A program made the position numbers and the translations under genes. 64,000 nucleotides of DNA. Origin: Bacteroidota bacterium (GTDB taxonomy: Bacteria; Bacteroidota; Bacteroidia; Flavobacteriales_D; Sanyastnellaceae). Below the pieces are notes generated by a model. That model was given only the letters and a program-made list of their open reading frames with translations. It was not told the origin of the DNA and ran no database searches. The stretch is taken from positions 4,296 to 68,295 of the forward strand of contig JAQCJQ010000001.1 in the NCBI GenBank assembly GCA_027593035.1, given 5' to 3'. Within the stretch, counting starts at the first letter, position 1. Each line of letters begins with the position of its first letter. Of this stretch, positions 19,312 to 29,070 are shown piece by piece.

Positions 19312-19869
19312 CTAAGACAACGGTTTCCAAGGAATTTCATCGACTTGGAGCGCATGGCTCAACGCCCGACTCCAAATGAAAAAGACATCACTCAGCCGAT
19401 TGAGATAGGCAACAAGCAAAGGCGGAATGGACTCGACTTTGCCCAGTCCAATGACGCGTCGTTCAGCGCGGCGACAAACCACACGGCACAGGTGTGCGGA
19501 GGAAACTGCGGGATGCCCTCCCGGGATGACGAATTGTTTCAATTCAGGCAGCACTTCTGACTGGCGGTCCATCCACTGCTCCATTTCATCCAAACGCGAG
19601 GAGGGAATCGTCGGCAGACGAACGAGCATGTCCGGGTCTGTGGTCGCGAGGTGACTTCCCCAGGTGAAAAGGTCGGACTGCAGCGTCCGGAGAAGGGTGA
19701 TTTGCTCAGGCGCGGAAGCCACAGCTTCATGATCGCCCAAAGCACCGAGCAAGGCGTTCAATTCATCCAAGGTTCCGTAGGCTTCGATGCGCGCGTCATC
19801 TTTCGAAAGACGCTGGCCGCCAAATAAGGATGTCATGCCCTCATCCCCTGTACGCGTGTAAATCCGCAT
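19312..19869 (-). CDS. PduO-type ATP:cob(I)alamin adenosyltransferase
   Basis: N-terminus MRIYTRTGDEGMTSLFGG. 185 aa helical-bundle family. Confidence 0.9.
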   Translation of the reverse strand: MRIYTRTGDEGMTSLFGGQRLSKDDARIEAYGTLDELNALLGALGDHEAVASAPEQITLLRTLQSDLFTWGSHLATTDPDMLVRLPTIPSSRLDEMEQWMDRQSEVLPELKQFVIPGGHPAVSSAHLCRVVCRRAERRVIGLGKVESIPPLLVAYLNRLSDVFFIWSRALSHALQVDEIPWKPLS

Positions 19870-19923
19870 TTTTAATTCTTTGAGAAGACCAAACTACGAA
19901 GCAGGCGTTACACCCCTAACTTT

Positions 19924-20430
19924 ATGCCCTCAAGAAGTCCATACAAGACCACGATGAACAGCCCGTCCACGACCAAAGATACCGACTCCAAGCAGCGCCG
20001 TTATGACGACGCTTACATGCGGATGGCCGTGGAGTGGGCCCAACTGTCTCATTGCAATCGGAAGCAGGTGGGAGCTTTGATTGTCAAGGACCGCATGATC
20101 ATTGCGGATGGGTTCAATGGGACTCCGACGGGTTTCCCCAATGCGTGCGAGACGGACGCGGGAGAAACACATTGGTATGTGTTGCATGCGGAAGCCAACG
20201 CGATCACCAAATTGGCTCGGTCCAACAACAGTGCGCAAGGTGCCACACTTTATATCACGCTGTCTCCTTGCCGCGATTGCGCCAAGCTGATCCACCAAGC
20301 TGGAATCAGCCGGGTCGTCTACCAACGGGCCTACAAAGACACGGGGGGAATCAAATTCTTAGCCGCGGCGGGCGTTCAGGTGGATGCTTTGGAGATGGGT
20401 TCGGACGCAAGCGAGGAGAGCAAGGATTGA
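19924..20430 (+). CDS. deoxycytidylate (dCMP) deaminase
   Basis: Zinc motifs LHAEANAI and LSPCRDCAKLI. The start could instead be ATG 19954, because a TAACTTTA box overlaps 19924. Confidence 0.85.
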   Translation: MPSRSPYKTTMNSPSTTKDTDSKQRRYDDAYMRMAVEWAQLSHCNRKQVGALIVKDRMIIADGFNGTPTGFPNACETDAGETHWYVLHAEANAITKLARSNNSAQGATLYITLSPCRDCAKLIHQAGISRVVYQRAYKDTGGIKFLAAAGVQVDALEMGSDASEESKD

Positions 20431-20433
20431 GAC

Positions 20434-22101
20434 ATGGCGAACGAATCGAACCCAATCCGATCCACCGCTGCTCCTTGGCAACCCCTGGCTTTTGCCGTGG
20501 TTCTGCTCATCGGAGTGCTCATTGGAAAAACGCAAACAGGCAGCCACGAAGGCACGTACGGGCAGTCTACAGAACGCGGGCGTGTGGTGCACATTTTGGA
20601 TCGCATTGAGCGATTGTATGTGGATGAGGTTGAGCGCGATGCGTTGGAAGCTATCGCGGTGGAGGCCATTTTGGATGAATTGGATCCTCACAGCATATTT
20701 TTCAGTGCCGAAGAATTGGCGGCGATGGCCGAGCCGATGGAAGGAAATTTCGAGGGGATCGGGGTGGAGTTCATCATCCAAGATGACACGTTGATGGTCG
20801 TTGCGGTGATTCCTGGAGGACCTTCAGAAAAAGCAGGAATGCGAGCTGGAGACCGAATTCTGAGCGTGGACTCTGTCGAGATTTCGGGGTCGGATTTGAC
20901 CAACAAGAAGGTCATGGAATGGCTGAAAGGTCCGCGAAATACCACCGTTTTGGTGGGCTTGGATCGGCCAGAGGGTTCCAATGAGATGCTGCTGCGTCGA
21001 GATCGCATTCCGATTCACAGCGTGGTCGCTTCGATCCCACTCAATGATCAAGTCGGATACATCAAGGTGGTGCGGTTTGCGCAAAACACGGCCCAGGAAT
21101 TTGAGGAGGCCATGCAGGAATTGGACCGTGCAGGCGCCCAAAGTGTTGTGGTGGATCTTAGAGGCAATGGCGGGGGCTATTTGAATGCGGTGGTACCGAT
21201 GGTGGAGTCGTTTTTACAGGACAACCAATTGGTTGTGTACACGGAGGGCACCCATGCGTCGAAGCGAACGTATGCAGCGGGTCGGGACGGACCTTGGAAG
21301 GATTGGCCATTGGCGGTGCTCATTGATGAATCTTCAGCTTCCGCCAGTGAGATTTTTGCCGGGGCGATTCAAGACAATGATCGCGGCCTTGTGGTGGGGC
21401 GCAGAAGTTTTGGAAAAGGAATGGTACAAGAAGAGTTTGATGTAGCGGGAACTGGGGCATTGCGATTGACAGTGGCTCGTTTTTATACGCCATCGGGCCG
21501 TGCCATTCAAAAACCCTATGGAGGAGAGGTGGAGTATGAAGACGATTACTTGGCGCGCTACGAGCGCGGTGAATTGTTCCATCAGGATAGCATCCGGGTT
21601 GTGGACAGTCTCATGTACCGGACGCCAGGAGGGCGTGAAGTGCATGGCGGAGGGGGCATTGCTCCTGATTTTTTTGTCCCGTTGGACACCGCGAGGTGGA
21701 CCGCATTCCTGACGGACTTGAGTTGGACGGGTATTCTCAGAGATGCCGCCTTTGGATTTGTGGACGCCCACCGCATCGAGCTGGAGACGTTCGCCACGCC
21801 TGTGGCTTTTCCGCCATCCATGCAGGAGCGCGCCGTGGACTATCTACTGACCGAAGCGGCCAGCGCGGGCTGGGAAGCGCGCGATCTGGGGGATTCGGAA
21901 CACGATCAAATTGCCCATCGATTCATGGCTCAAGTCATCCGCAATGTATTTGGTGAAGAGGCGTACCACGCGCATTTGGCCGCTGAAGACCCGGCGGTTC
22001 AGAAGGCGTTGGAGCTGTTGAAACACGTTTCGCATCTAGTCGTGGTCGATGGTCGCTTAACTTTGCCTTCAAACTCGACTTTAACAAACGAAAATATCTA
22101 G
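20434..22101 (+). CDS. S41 family C-terminal processing peptidase
   Basis: PDZ segment (GVEFIIQDDTLMVVAVIPGGPSEKAGMRAGDRILSVD), DLRGNGGGYL, catalytic-Ser region LIDESSASASEIFAGA, and SFGKGMVQ. Confidence 0.9.
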   Translation: MANESNPIRSTAAPWQPLAFAVVLLIGVLIGKTQTGSHEGTYGQSTERGRVVHILDRIERLYVDEVERDALEAIAVEAILDELDPHSIFFSAEELAAMAEPMEGNFEGIGVEFIIQDDTLMVVAVIPGGPSEKAGMRAGDRILSVDSVEISGSDLTNKKVMEWLKGPRNTTVLVGLDRPEGSNEMLLRRDRIPIHSVVASIPLNDQVGYIKVVRFAQNTAQEFEEAMQELDRAGAQSVVVDLRGNGGGYLNAVVPMVESFLQDNQLVVYTEGTHASKRTYAAGRDGPWKDWPLAVLIDESSASASEIFAGAIQDNDRGLVVGRRSFGKGMVQEEFDVAGTGALRLTVARFYTPSGRAIQKPYGGEVEYEDDYLARYERGELFHQDSIRVVDSLMYRTPGGREVHGGGGIAPDFFVPLDTARWTAFLTDLSWTGILRDAAFGFVDAHRIELETFATPVAFPPSMQERAVDYLLTEAASAGWEARDLGDSEHDQIAHRFMAQVIRNVFGEEAYHAHLAAEDPAVQKALELLKHVSHLVVVDGRLTLPSNSTLTNENI

Positions 22102-22104
22102 ACC

Positions 22105-22710
22105 ATGGCTTTTGAATTACCAGCGCTTCCTTATGCATACGACGCACTCGAACCTCATTTGGATGCGCGTACCATGGAGATTCACCATAGCAAGCATCAC
22201 GCGGGCTATACGAACAACCTGAATGCAGCTGTTGCAGGAACAGCGATGGAAGGAAAATCCATTGAGGCTTTGTTAGCAGAACATTCAGACGTCCCCGCTG
22301 TGCGAAACAACGGCGGAGGATACTACAACCATGATTTGTTTTGGACCAGCATGTCTCCGTCTGGAGGTGGCCAGCCTTCCGGTGATTTGGCTGCGGCGAT
22401 TGAAAGCGATTTGGGGGGCTGGGCGGCTTTCCAAGAAGCCTTTGCCAAGGCTGCGGCAACACGCTTCGGTTCCGGTTGGGCCTGGTTGTGTGTGAAGGAT
22501 GGAAAATTGAGTGTTTGCTCTTCGGCCAACCAAGACAATTCCTTGATGCCCGGTGTGGGTTGTGGAGGAACGCCCATTCTTGGGTTGGATGTTTGGGAGC
22601 ACGCTTACTACCTGAACTATCAAAACCGCCGACCCGATTACATTGCTGCATTTTTCAATGTGATCAACTGGGATATCGTAGCGGAGCGTTACGCAGCTGC
22701 TCGCGGGTGA
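22105..22710 (+). CDS. Fe/Mn superoxide dismutase
   Basis: HHSKHHAGY and [20 protein letters not shown]. Confidence 0.95.
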   Translation: MAFELPALPYAYDALEPHLDARTMEIHHSKHHAGYTNNLNAAVAGTAMEGKSIEALLAEHSDVPAVRNNGGGYYNHDLFWTSMSPSGGGQPSGDLAAAIESDLGGWAAFQEAFAKAAATRFGSGWAWLCVKDGKLSVCSSANQDNSLMPGVGCGGTPILGLDVWEHAYYLNYQNRRPDYIAAFFNVINWDIVAERYAAARG

Positions 22711-23378
22711 AACAGCATGTGATTATCGTTGCTGGAGGAACGGGCACGCGCATGCAGCAGCCTGTTGCCAAGCAATTCATCGAATTGAAGGGTTTGCCAC
22801 TGATGTGGTGGACCCTTCGTCGATTTCGTGAAGCGTTGGGTGAAGAATTGGATGTCACGTTGGTTTTGTTTCCAGGGCTATTTCGAGAATTTGAATCGCT
22901 GGAGCAAAGGCATGGTCCCGCTGGCGTGAACCGCATCGTCGAAGGAGGAGAAGAGCGTTGGCATTCGGTGGCCAACGGCCTCCAAGGGCTTCCGGATACA
23001 GGGCTTGTGGCCGTGCATGATGCCGTTCGTCCCTTTGCTTCGGTTGCAACGATCCGCCGCTGCTTTGCCGCTGCGAAGTTGCATGGGTCGGCGGTTCCAA
23101 CAGTGCCGCTGAAGGACAGTGTTCGAGAATTGCGCGGCGAGACTTCTCAGGCGCTCAACCGCGCGGCCTTGCGGGCTGTACAAACGCCGCAATGTTTCGA
23201 TTTGAAGGAACTAAAAGCCGCCTATGACCGAGGGTTCCGCGCGGAATTCACCGATGACGCAAGCGTATTCGAATCCGCCGGACACGCGATCCATTTGGTG
23301 GAAGGAGATCTGGAGAACATCAAGATCACCACACCAGAAGACTTGCTCGTTGCCCAGGCTTTTTTGACGCGAGACTAG
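22707..23378 (+). CDS. ispD: 2-C-methyl-D-erythritol 4-phosphate cytidylyltransferase
   Basis: The GTG at 22707 overlaps the sod stop (GTGA). Motif [13 protein letters not shown]. The upstream part of the listed ORF (22476-22706) lies inside sod in another frame. Confidence 0.85.
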   Translation: MKQHVIIVAGGTGTRMQQPVAKQFIELKGLPLMWWTLRRFREALGEELDVTLVLFPGLFREFESLEQRHGPAGVNRIVEGGEERWHSVANGLQGLPDTGLVAVHDAVRPFASVATIRRCFAAAKLHGSAVPTVPLKDSVRELRGETSQALNRAALRAVQTPQCFDLKELKAAYDRGFRAEFTDDASVFESAGHAIHLVEGDLENIKITTPEDLLVAQAFLTRD

Positions 23379-23392
23379 CGCTCAACAGGACA

Positions 23393-24328
23393 TCAGCTCA
23401 CTGTCGTCGGGTGGCCATTCGTGGTCACCGTCCTTTTTTGCAACCACTTGAAGCCCATCCAGGCAACCGGCAGAGCGACTGCGGCGTTCAAATAGTCGCT
23501 CAATTCCCAAGCGCCCATTGCCACCATTTCCTCTTGAACCCATTCGGCACCGAACCAAGCCGCTAGGCAAACGGCCATGGCATTGTTGAGGAAATGAGCC
23601 ACAATCGCAGGCCAAAGACTTCCGCTGTAATGCACCAAGTAGCCGAGTCCAGCTCCCAAAATCATGCGGGGTAGGAAGCCATGGAATTGCAAATGAATGG
23701 CGCTGAAGAGCAAGGCCGTGATCCAAATTCCGAGGTGCACTGACCCCGTCCAGCGGGCAAATAATGGTTGCAACACGCCGCGAAAGGTCAATTCTTCGCA
23801 AATGGCGGGCAAAATGGCCACGGCCACTAACGTCGCAGGGAACTGCCAAGCGGCATCAAAAGAAAGCAGGGAAACGGTAACGTCTTGGGCCATTTTCTCG
23901 AGCAGATCGGCTTGTGTCACCCAAGACACGGGCAAGAACTCCATGGCAGCGGTGTTGAGGCGGTAGGTCAGATCAATGAGGGGTTGGGCGCACCAAGCGA
24001 AGACAACGCCCCAGACCATCCAACCCAGAACGCGAGGCATCCTCCCGGTGACCAAGGTTTGACCTTTGAACAGATAGCGGGCGAGAAATGCCGCTAATCC
24101 GAAGGATAGGATTTGGTTCAGGCTGTTGAGGGCCAAGTTGTATTCGCGCCCATCAGAAGAGCTCGGAGCGCTCATCGAGGCCATGGCTTCGACCATGGTG
24201 TCACCGGTCCACTGGGTCATGAGAAACAGACCGAGTCCTGCTGCCAAGCCCATTCCTGTTAGAATAATGCAAGCAAAAAAAATGAATTGGCCAAAGGGAT
24301 GCATGGTCTGAAAAGCAGTTCGAATCAT
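23393..24328 (-). CDS. CPBP (CAAX) family intramembrane metalloprotease
   Basis: CEELTFRGVL, LLFSAIHLQF, AHFLNNAM. Start chosen at ATG 24328; ATG 24304 is an alternative. Confidence 0.75.
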   Translation of the reverse strand: MIRTAFQTMHPFGQFIFFACIILTGMGLAAGLGLFLMTQWTGDTMVEAMASMSAPSSSDGREYNLALNSLNQILSFGLAAFLARYLFKGQTLVTGRMPRVLGWMVWGVVFAWCAQPLIDLTYRLNTAAMEFLPVSWVTQADLLEKMAQDVTVSLLSFDAAWQFPATLVAVAILPAICEELTFRGVLQPLFARWTGSVHLGIWITALLFSAIHLQFHGFLPRMILGAGLGYLVHYSGSLWPAIVAHFLNNAMAVCLAAWFGAEWVQEEMVAMGAWELSDYLNAAVALPVAWMGFKWLQKRTVTTNGHPTTVS

Positions 24329-24332
24329 GACG

Positions 24333-24340
24333 TATTTTTG
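24333..24340 (+). promoter_or_regulatory. -7 promoter box TATTTTTG upstream of dusB
   Basis: Exact TAnnTTTG 55 nt before the dusB ATG, in a 67-bp divergent spacer. Confidence 0.45.
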
Positions 24341-24395
24341 CAGTGAGGTTGCAAGTTCGTTGATTGTGGCATTTTGTGGCTGATCTGAAGAAAAA

Positions 24396-25385
24396 ATGAT
24401 ACGAATTGGAGACGTAGAGATTCCAGATTTCCCGCTGTTATTGGCACCCATGGAAGACGTGAGTGATCCGCCATTTCGGGCGCTTTGCAAACAATACGGC
24501 GCGGATTTGATGTACACCGAGTTCATTAGCTCCGAGGGCCTCATCCGGGATGCAGCCAAGAGTCGGGCCAAGCTGGATATTTTTGAGTATGAGCGGCCCG
24601 TAGGGATCCAGATTTTCGGAAGCGAAATCGGTTCGATGCGTCAAGCTGCGGCCATCACGGAAGAAGCTCAACCTGACATCATTGACATCAATTACGGATG
24701 CCCCGTCAAGAAAGTCGCTTGCCGCGGAGCGGGGGCTGGCATTTTGCAGGACATCCCCAAGATGGTGTCGATGACCAAGGAAATTGTGGATACCTGCACC
24801 TTGCCCGTGACAGTCAAAACCCGTTTGGGATGGGATGATCAATCCAAGCACATCGTGGAAGTAGCTGAACGGTTGCAAGATGTAGGCATTCAGGCCATCA
24901 GTATCCATGGTCGCACACGGGCGCAGATGTACAAAGGAGAAGCCGACTGGTCCTTGATCGCTGCCGTGAAGAACAATCCCCGCATGCACATTCCGGTATT
25001 CGGAAATGGGGACATTGACTCCCCTCAGAAGGCTGTTGAATATAAAAAACGCTACGGGGTCGATGGCATCATGATCGGTCGAGCGAGCATCGGAGCACCA
25101 TGGATTTTTCGCGAGATCAAGCATTACATCCAAACAGGCGAGCTGCTTCCACCTCCGGATATGGATGAACGAGTGTCCGCCGCCCGACAACATTTTGAGA
25201 AAAGCATTGAATGGAAAGGAGATCGGTTAGGAGTGGTGGAGATGCGCAGGCACTATGCCAACTACTTCAAAGGTCTGCGGGATTTTAAGAGTCACCGGCT
25301 GGACTTGGTGACTTTGGATGCCCCGGAAGACATTCGATCCAAGCTGGATCAAATCGCCGCGATGTCCTGGGATGTGGCTCCCTGA
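24396..25385 (+). CDS. dusB: tRNA-dihydrouridine synthase
   Basis: LAPMEDVSDPPFR, DINYGCPVKKV, SIHGRTR. 329 aa. Confidence 0.9.
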   Translation: MIRIGDVEIPDFPLLLAPMEDVSDPPFRALCKQYGADLMYTEFISSEGLIRDAAKSRAKLDIFEYERPVGIQIFGSEIGSMRQAAAITEEAQPDIIDINYGCPVKKVACRGAGAGILQDIPKMVSMTKEIVDTCTLPVTVKTRLGWDDQSKHIVEVAERLQDVGIQAISIHGRTRAQMYKGEADWSLIAAVKNNPRMHIPVFGNGDIDSPQKAVEYKKRYGVDGIMIGRASIGAPWIFREIKHYIQTGELLPPPDMDERVSAARQHFEKSIEWKGDRLGVVEMRRHYANYFKGLRDFKSHRLDLVTLDAPEDIRSKLDQIAAMSWDVAP

Positions 25386-25390
25386 AAGCA

Positions 25391-26635
25391 TTACTTCAGA
25401 AGCCGCCGGACAAGCCGCCGGACCATCCATCCTGAACCGACGCCACCGATGGCAATCACGATGGTGAGCGTGCTGACCACATCAGTCCATTCCAATTCCA
25501 CGGGATACGCAGGGATGACTGATCCTTGAAGTTGAACCCATCCATAGGTTTTTTGTCCCCAAACGAGTGCAATTCCAGCCAAAGCGCCCATGGCGCCTCC
25601 GATGGTGTTGATGAGCAATCCCTGCAATGAAAACACTTGCTCAAGCCTCCAACCGCTGAGTCCCATAGCATGAAGTACGGCCATGTCCTCACGTTTATCG
25701 AGCAATAGCATCGTCAAAGAGGCCATGACATTGAAGGCCGCGACCACCAAGATGAAGCTGAGAATGACAAATGTGGCCCACTTTTCTGCCCGGTTGGTTT
25801 GGGTAATCAATTGGTTCTTTTCCGAACGGGTTCGAATCCGGATGGCTTCAGGAGCGGCATCGATCGATGCACTCATTATTTCGGCGGCTTTTTCCTCCGA
25901 AACACCCGGCATGAGAGCCAATTCAAAACGACTCACAGCGCCGTCGAGGCCAAACAAGTCCTGGGCAAGGCTGAGGGGAGCCAGCACATAGCGACTGTCC
26001 AGATCAGCGTTGATGGAAAAAGCATCGCACCCCAAAGCTTCTCGTGATTGAAAGGCACGTTCCCGATGCTTGGAGAGCTTTTTGCCCCGGATTGGCGCCT
26101 TGAACTGAATCAATGCGTGCTCCGGCCCTTCATGGATCCGTCCAATGCCCAGCATGTTGCGGACACCGATTCCCAGCGTGACGCAGGGAAGTCCGTGCAT
26201 TTCCGGGTTCCAGGTTTTTGATCGCAGGGCCCGCTCAACCGGAGCGGCTTCAAGCAACAAGGAGTCGAAGGCGAGCATGGTGACTACCAGCGGTGCTCCG
26301 GCACCAAAAGCCACGACGGTCTCTTCTTCAATTACCGGCGCGGCATGTCGAATGAGCGGTTCTTCGCTATCAGGCCCCCACTGGGCAATGGCCCAATCTC
26401 CGATGTCTTCAGAAAGTACCGTTCCGGTCTGCGGAACAACAGCTACTGGAGCGTCCAGCGTCCCAAATAATTCTGTAACGACCGACTCGATGCCGTTGAA
26501 CGCGCTCAAAATGGCAATCATCGCCGCGGTAACGGCGGCAATGACAAACATCGAAATTGCAGAAATGAGGTGGGTGAGGTTCCGAGATTTGGAACTAAGG
26601 GCATAGCGCCAGGCAAGTCGAACTGGCAGTCTCAC
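25391..26635 (-). CDS. ABC transporter permease, LolC/E-like FtsX family
   Basis: GTG start. LAWRYALSSKSRNLTHLIS N-terminus, and a C-terminal FtsX-type domain with LLLDKREDMAVLHAMGLS. Confidence 0.8.
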   Translation of the reverse strand: MRLPVRLAWRYALSSKSRNLTHLISAISMFVIAAVTAAMIAILSAFNGIESVVTELFGTLDAPVAVVPQTGTVLSEDIGDWAIAQWGPDSEEPLIRHAAPVIEEETVVAFGAGAPLVVTMLAFDSLLLEAAPVERALRSKTWNPEMHGLPCVTLGIGVRNMLGIGRIHEGPEHALIQFKAPIRGKKLSKHRERAFQSREALGCDAFSINADLDSRYVLAPLSLAQDLFGLDGAVSRFELALMPGVSEEKAAEIMSASIDAAPEAIRIRTRSEKNQLITQTNRAEKWATFVILSFILVVAAFNVMASLTMLLLDKREDMAVLHAMGLSGWRLEQVFSLQGLLINTIGGAMGALAGIALVWGQKTYGWVQLQGSVIPAYPVELEWTDVVSTLTIVIAIGGVGSGWMVRRLVRRLLK

Positions 26636-26637
26636 GG

Positions 26638-26976
26638 TTATTTATTCAAGGCTTCATTGATGGCCTCATAGTAATCCAGGCTATCATCCAAGTAGAAATT
26701 CAATTCTGGAATGATCCGAACCTGTTTCCCAATCTTATCGCTCAACGCTTTTCGGATCCGCCAGCCCTCATTTTTGACTGCTTGCAAGGCCACATTTTTG
26801 TCCGGCACGGCCATGAAACTGACATAGACTTTGGACAACCCCAAATCAGGAGTCATCCGCACCTTCGTGACAGAAATGAACATGCCTCCAAACCATTCTC
26901 CACTGCGTTGCTGAAAAATGGTGCTCAAATCCCTACGGATGAGTTCGGCTACTTTTTCTTGACGAATTTCTCCCAT
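26638..26976 (-). CDS. rbfA: ribosome-binding factor A
   Basis: 112 aa. RQEKVAELIRRDLS...ISVTKVRMTPDLGLSKVYVS. Confidence 0.9.
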   Translation of the reverse strand: MGEIRQEKVAELIRRDLSTIFQQRSGEWFGGMFISVTKVRMTPDLGLSKVYVSFMAVPDKNVALQAVKNEGWRIRKALSDKIGKQVRIIPELNFYLDDSLDYYEAINEALNK

Positions 26977-27018
26977 GTGCCAAAGGTCGGAAACTCAAGA
27001 CAATGCTTGACCTTCCAT

Positions 27019-28197
27019 TCAATAAAGAAACTGGTGGTAGGGATAACGCTTCACATGGATCTCCTTGACCTTCTCGTAAAGCAAGTCTTTTAGAGCATCC
27101 ACGCCTGTTTTTTCAACGGCCGATAAAAAAATGACTTCATGGCCGGCCGATTCGAATCGGTCACGAATCCCATTGATTTGATCCAATTTCGTGGGACCGA
27201 AGGGTTCTTCTTCAAGGCGATCCATTTTATTGAACACGATGACTACGGGCTTGTCGTCGCTGCCGATTTCGGCGAGAGTGGTGTTCACCACATCGATCTG
27301 ATCTTCAAATTGCGGGTGACTGACATCGACCACGTGCAGAAGAAGATCGCTTTCACGGGTTTCATCCAAGGTAGATTTGAAACTCTCAATGAGTTGGTGA
27401 GGCAGCTTCCGAATGAACCCAACGGTGTCGCTAAGGAGGAATGGCAGGTTTTGCAAAACCACCTTGCGAACGGTGGTGTCGAGGGTAGCGAATAGCTTGT
27501 CCTCAGCGAAGACATCGCTTTTCGAGAGCAGGGTCATCAAAGTGCTTTTCCCGGCGTTCGTGTATCCCACGAGCGCCACACGGACCATGGAGCCGCGGTT
27601 GCCACGTTGCGTCGACATTTGCTTGTCGATGGCGAGCAACTCCTTTTTCAGGAGGGCAATGCGGTCGCGAATGATCCGTCGATCCGTTTCAATTTCTTTC
27701 TCTCCCGGGCCCTTCATGCCGATTCCGCCTTTTTGCTTCTGCAAGTGGGACCACATGTTGGTGAGACGAGGAAGCAAGTATTGATACTGGGCAAGTTCAA
27801 CTTGAGTTTTGGCGTGCGCTGTCCGTGCCCGTTGCGCGAAAATGTCCAAGATCAGGTTGGGGCGGTCCAAGATCTTCCGTTCGGGAATGACCTTCTCCAA
27901 ATTCCGCATTTGGGTGGCCGTCAATTCATCGTCAAAAATGAGCATGTCAATGTCATGCTCCTCAACGTATTCTTTAATCTCCAGCGCCTTTCCCGATCCA
28001 ACAAACGTCCGGATGTCCGGCTTGTCCAATGCCTGGATGAAAACGCGCTTGGTAATGGCTTGTGCCGTAGACGCGAGAAAAGCCAGTTCGTCCAGATACT
28101 CTTCGACGAGTACCCGTGTGACACGGCCCGTAACCAATCCAACCAAAACGCATGTTTCGGGCTCTAGTTCCGTGCTGATGAGTTTCTTCTCTAACAT
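27019..28197 (-). CDS. hflX: GTPase HflX
   Basis: G1 LVGYTNAGKSTL, G3 LSDTVGFIRKLP, G4 VFNKMD, plus an HflX N-terminal domain. Confidence 0.95.
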   Translation of the reverse strand: MLEKKLISTELEPETCVLVGLVTGRVTRVLVEEYLDELAFLASTAQAITKRVFIQALDKPDIRTFVGSGKALEIKEYVEEHDIDMLIFDDELTATQMRNLEKVIPERKILDRPNLILDIFAQRARTAHAKTQVELAQYQYLLPRLTNMWSHLQKQKGGIGMKGPGEKEIETDRRIIRDRIALLKKELLAIDKQMSTQRGNRGSMVRVALVGYTNAGKSTLMTLLSKSDVFAEDKLFATLDTTVRKVVLQNLPFLLSDTVGFIRKLPHQLIESFKSTLDETRESDLLLHVVDVSHPQFEDQIDVVNTTLAEIGSDDKPVVIVFNKMDRLEEEPFGPTKLDQINGIRDRFESAGHEVIFLSAVEKTGVDALKDLLYEKVKEIHVKRYPYHQFLY

Positions 28198-28200
28198 GGT

Positions 28201-28554
28201 TTAGTCGCGAAATTGCTCAATGTATTTGGCGATTCCTCGGATGGTAGCATCATCCAAAATGCCTTTTTGAGGGGGCATGGTGCCTTTGCCATACGTGATG
28301 AGCGCCACACGTTCCTCTACAGAGAGTTTGGACAAGGACAGATCGGGAGCCTTAGAAGCCATGAGCCGACCATCGGTCCCATGACAAAGGGAGCATTTCA
28401 TCGTGTACGCACGCTGAATCTGTCCATCGGATGGCGGTGCGGTGGCGGGAGTGTTTCCTGGTGCTTCGTTCGGGTCACTGCATCCGATAGCCAACAGCAA
28501 ACTAGCAGCAATCAAGAGGCTGATTCCAGCGACTCGTTGCTTGTTCAAAACCAT
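28201..28554 (-). CDS. mono-haem c-type cytochrome, probable lipoprotein
   Basis: Start at ATG 28554 gives the signal/lipobox LLLAIGCS. Haem motif CSLCHG and distal ligand region GKGTMPP. The listed 28587 start is a TTG inside the upstream gene. Confidence 0.75.
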   Translation of the reverse strand: MVLNKQRVAGISLLIAASLLLAIGCSDPNEAPGNTPATAPPSDGQIQRAYTMKCSLCHGTDGRLMASKAPDLSLSKLSVEERVALITYGKGTMPPQKGILDDATIRGIAKYIEQFRD

Positions 28555-28997
28555 CCGTAGTTTTGAAATCCTGGTCGGAAGGGCCAAGGGATGCTTGCTA
28601 TGATGATGACCAAGGCTAAACCGAAGAAAAGAAATTGACGCTTGTACTTGATGCCATCGTCTGTAGCACGTTTCACCAAACTGTGACCCAAGGTGCCCAA
28701 AACGATAGCGATGAGCATACCGAGGAGGTGTTCGACGACAAAGAACCGCATGACCGCATTGCCCATGATGGTCGAATCACCCAACATTGAAGACCAACCC
28801 TTCCCCACATACAGCGCCAACCCAAGTAGCAGCTGAACGTGCAAGCTAATCATGGTAAACAAGCCGAGTTTGGCTTGTTTTGCCGAGAAGGCATTGCCTT
28901 TGCTTTTTCCGATGCGGGATTGAATCAAAGTCCAAACCAGCAAGAACAATACAACCCATCGAAGGGCACTATGGAGGTGTTGAAATCCTGTGAGCAT
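28545..28997 (-). CDS. small His-containing integral membrane protein (cytochrome-b-like annotation class), function unknown
   Basis: 150 aa with about 4 TM segments and five His residues (H7, H9, H53, H90, H105). It overlaps the cytochrome c gene by 10 nt. Confidence 0.6.
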   Translation of the reverse strand: MLTGFQHLHSALRWVVLFLLVWTLIQSRIGKSKGNAFSAKQAKLGLFTMISLHVQLLLGLALYVGKGWSSMLGDSTIMGNAVMRFFVVEHLLGMLIAIVLGTLGHSLVKRATDDGIKYKRQFLFFGLALVIIIASIPWPFRPGFQNYGWF

Positions 28998-29001
28998 GGT
29001 T

Positions 29002-29009
29002 CAAAGATA
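29002..29009 (-). promoter_or_regulatory. -7 promoter box TATCTTTG, 4 nt before the ATG at 28997
   Basis: Exact TAnnTTTG on the - strand, immediately 3' of the gdhA terminator hairpin. Confidence 0.45.
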
Positions 29010-29045
29010 ACGCCCCAAGCCTGCTGTTAGCGAGACTTGGGGCGT
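29010..29045 (-). terminator. 10-bp hairpin downstream of gdhA
   Basis: ACGCCCCAAG / CTTGGGGCGT arms (29010-29019 / 29036-29045) with a 16-nt loop. On the - strand it is followed by TATCTTTG. Confidence 0.45.
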
Positions 29046-29070
29046 CAATTCTTTTGAAACGAGACGGGTG

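Noticed and set aside
21935-22651. 238-aa antisense ORF opposite the S41 peptidase end and sod
   Set aside because: It is a shadow ORF spanning two sense genes and their 3-nt spacer. The product is Pro/Arg/Ser-rich low-complexity sequence.
22476-22706. Upstream 77 codons of the listed 300-aa ORF 22476..23378
   Set aside because: This part lies inside the superoxide dismutase gene in another frame and has no similarity to IspD. The IspD homology begins at the GTG at 22707 ([16 protein letters not shown]).
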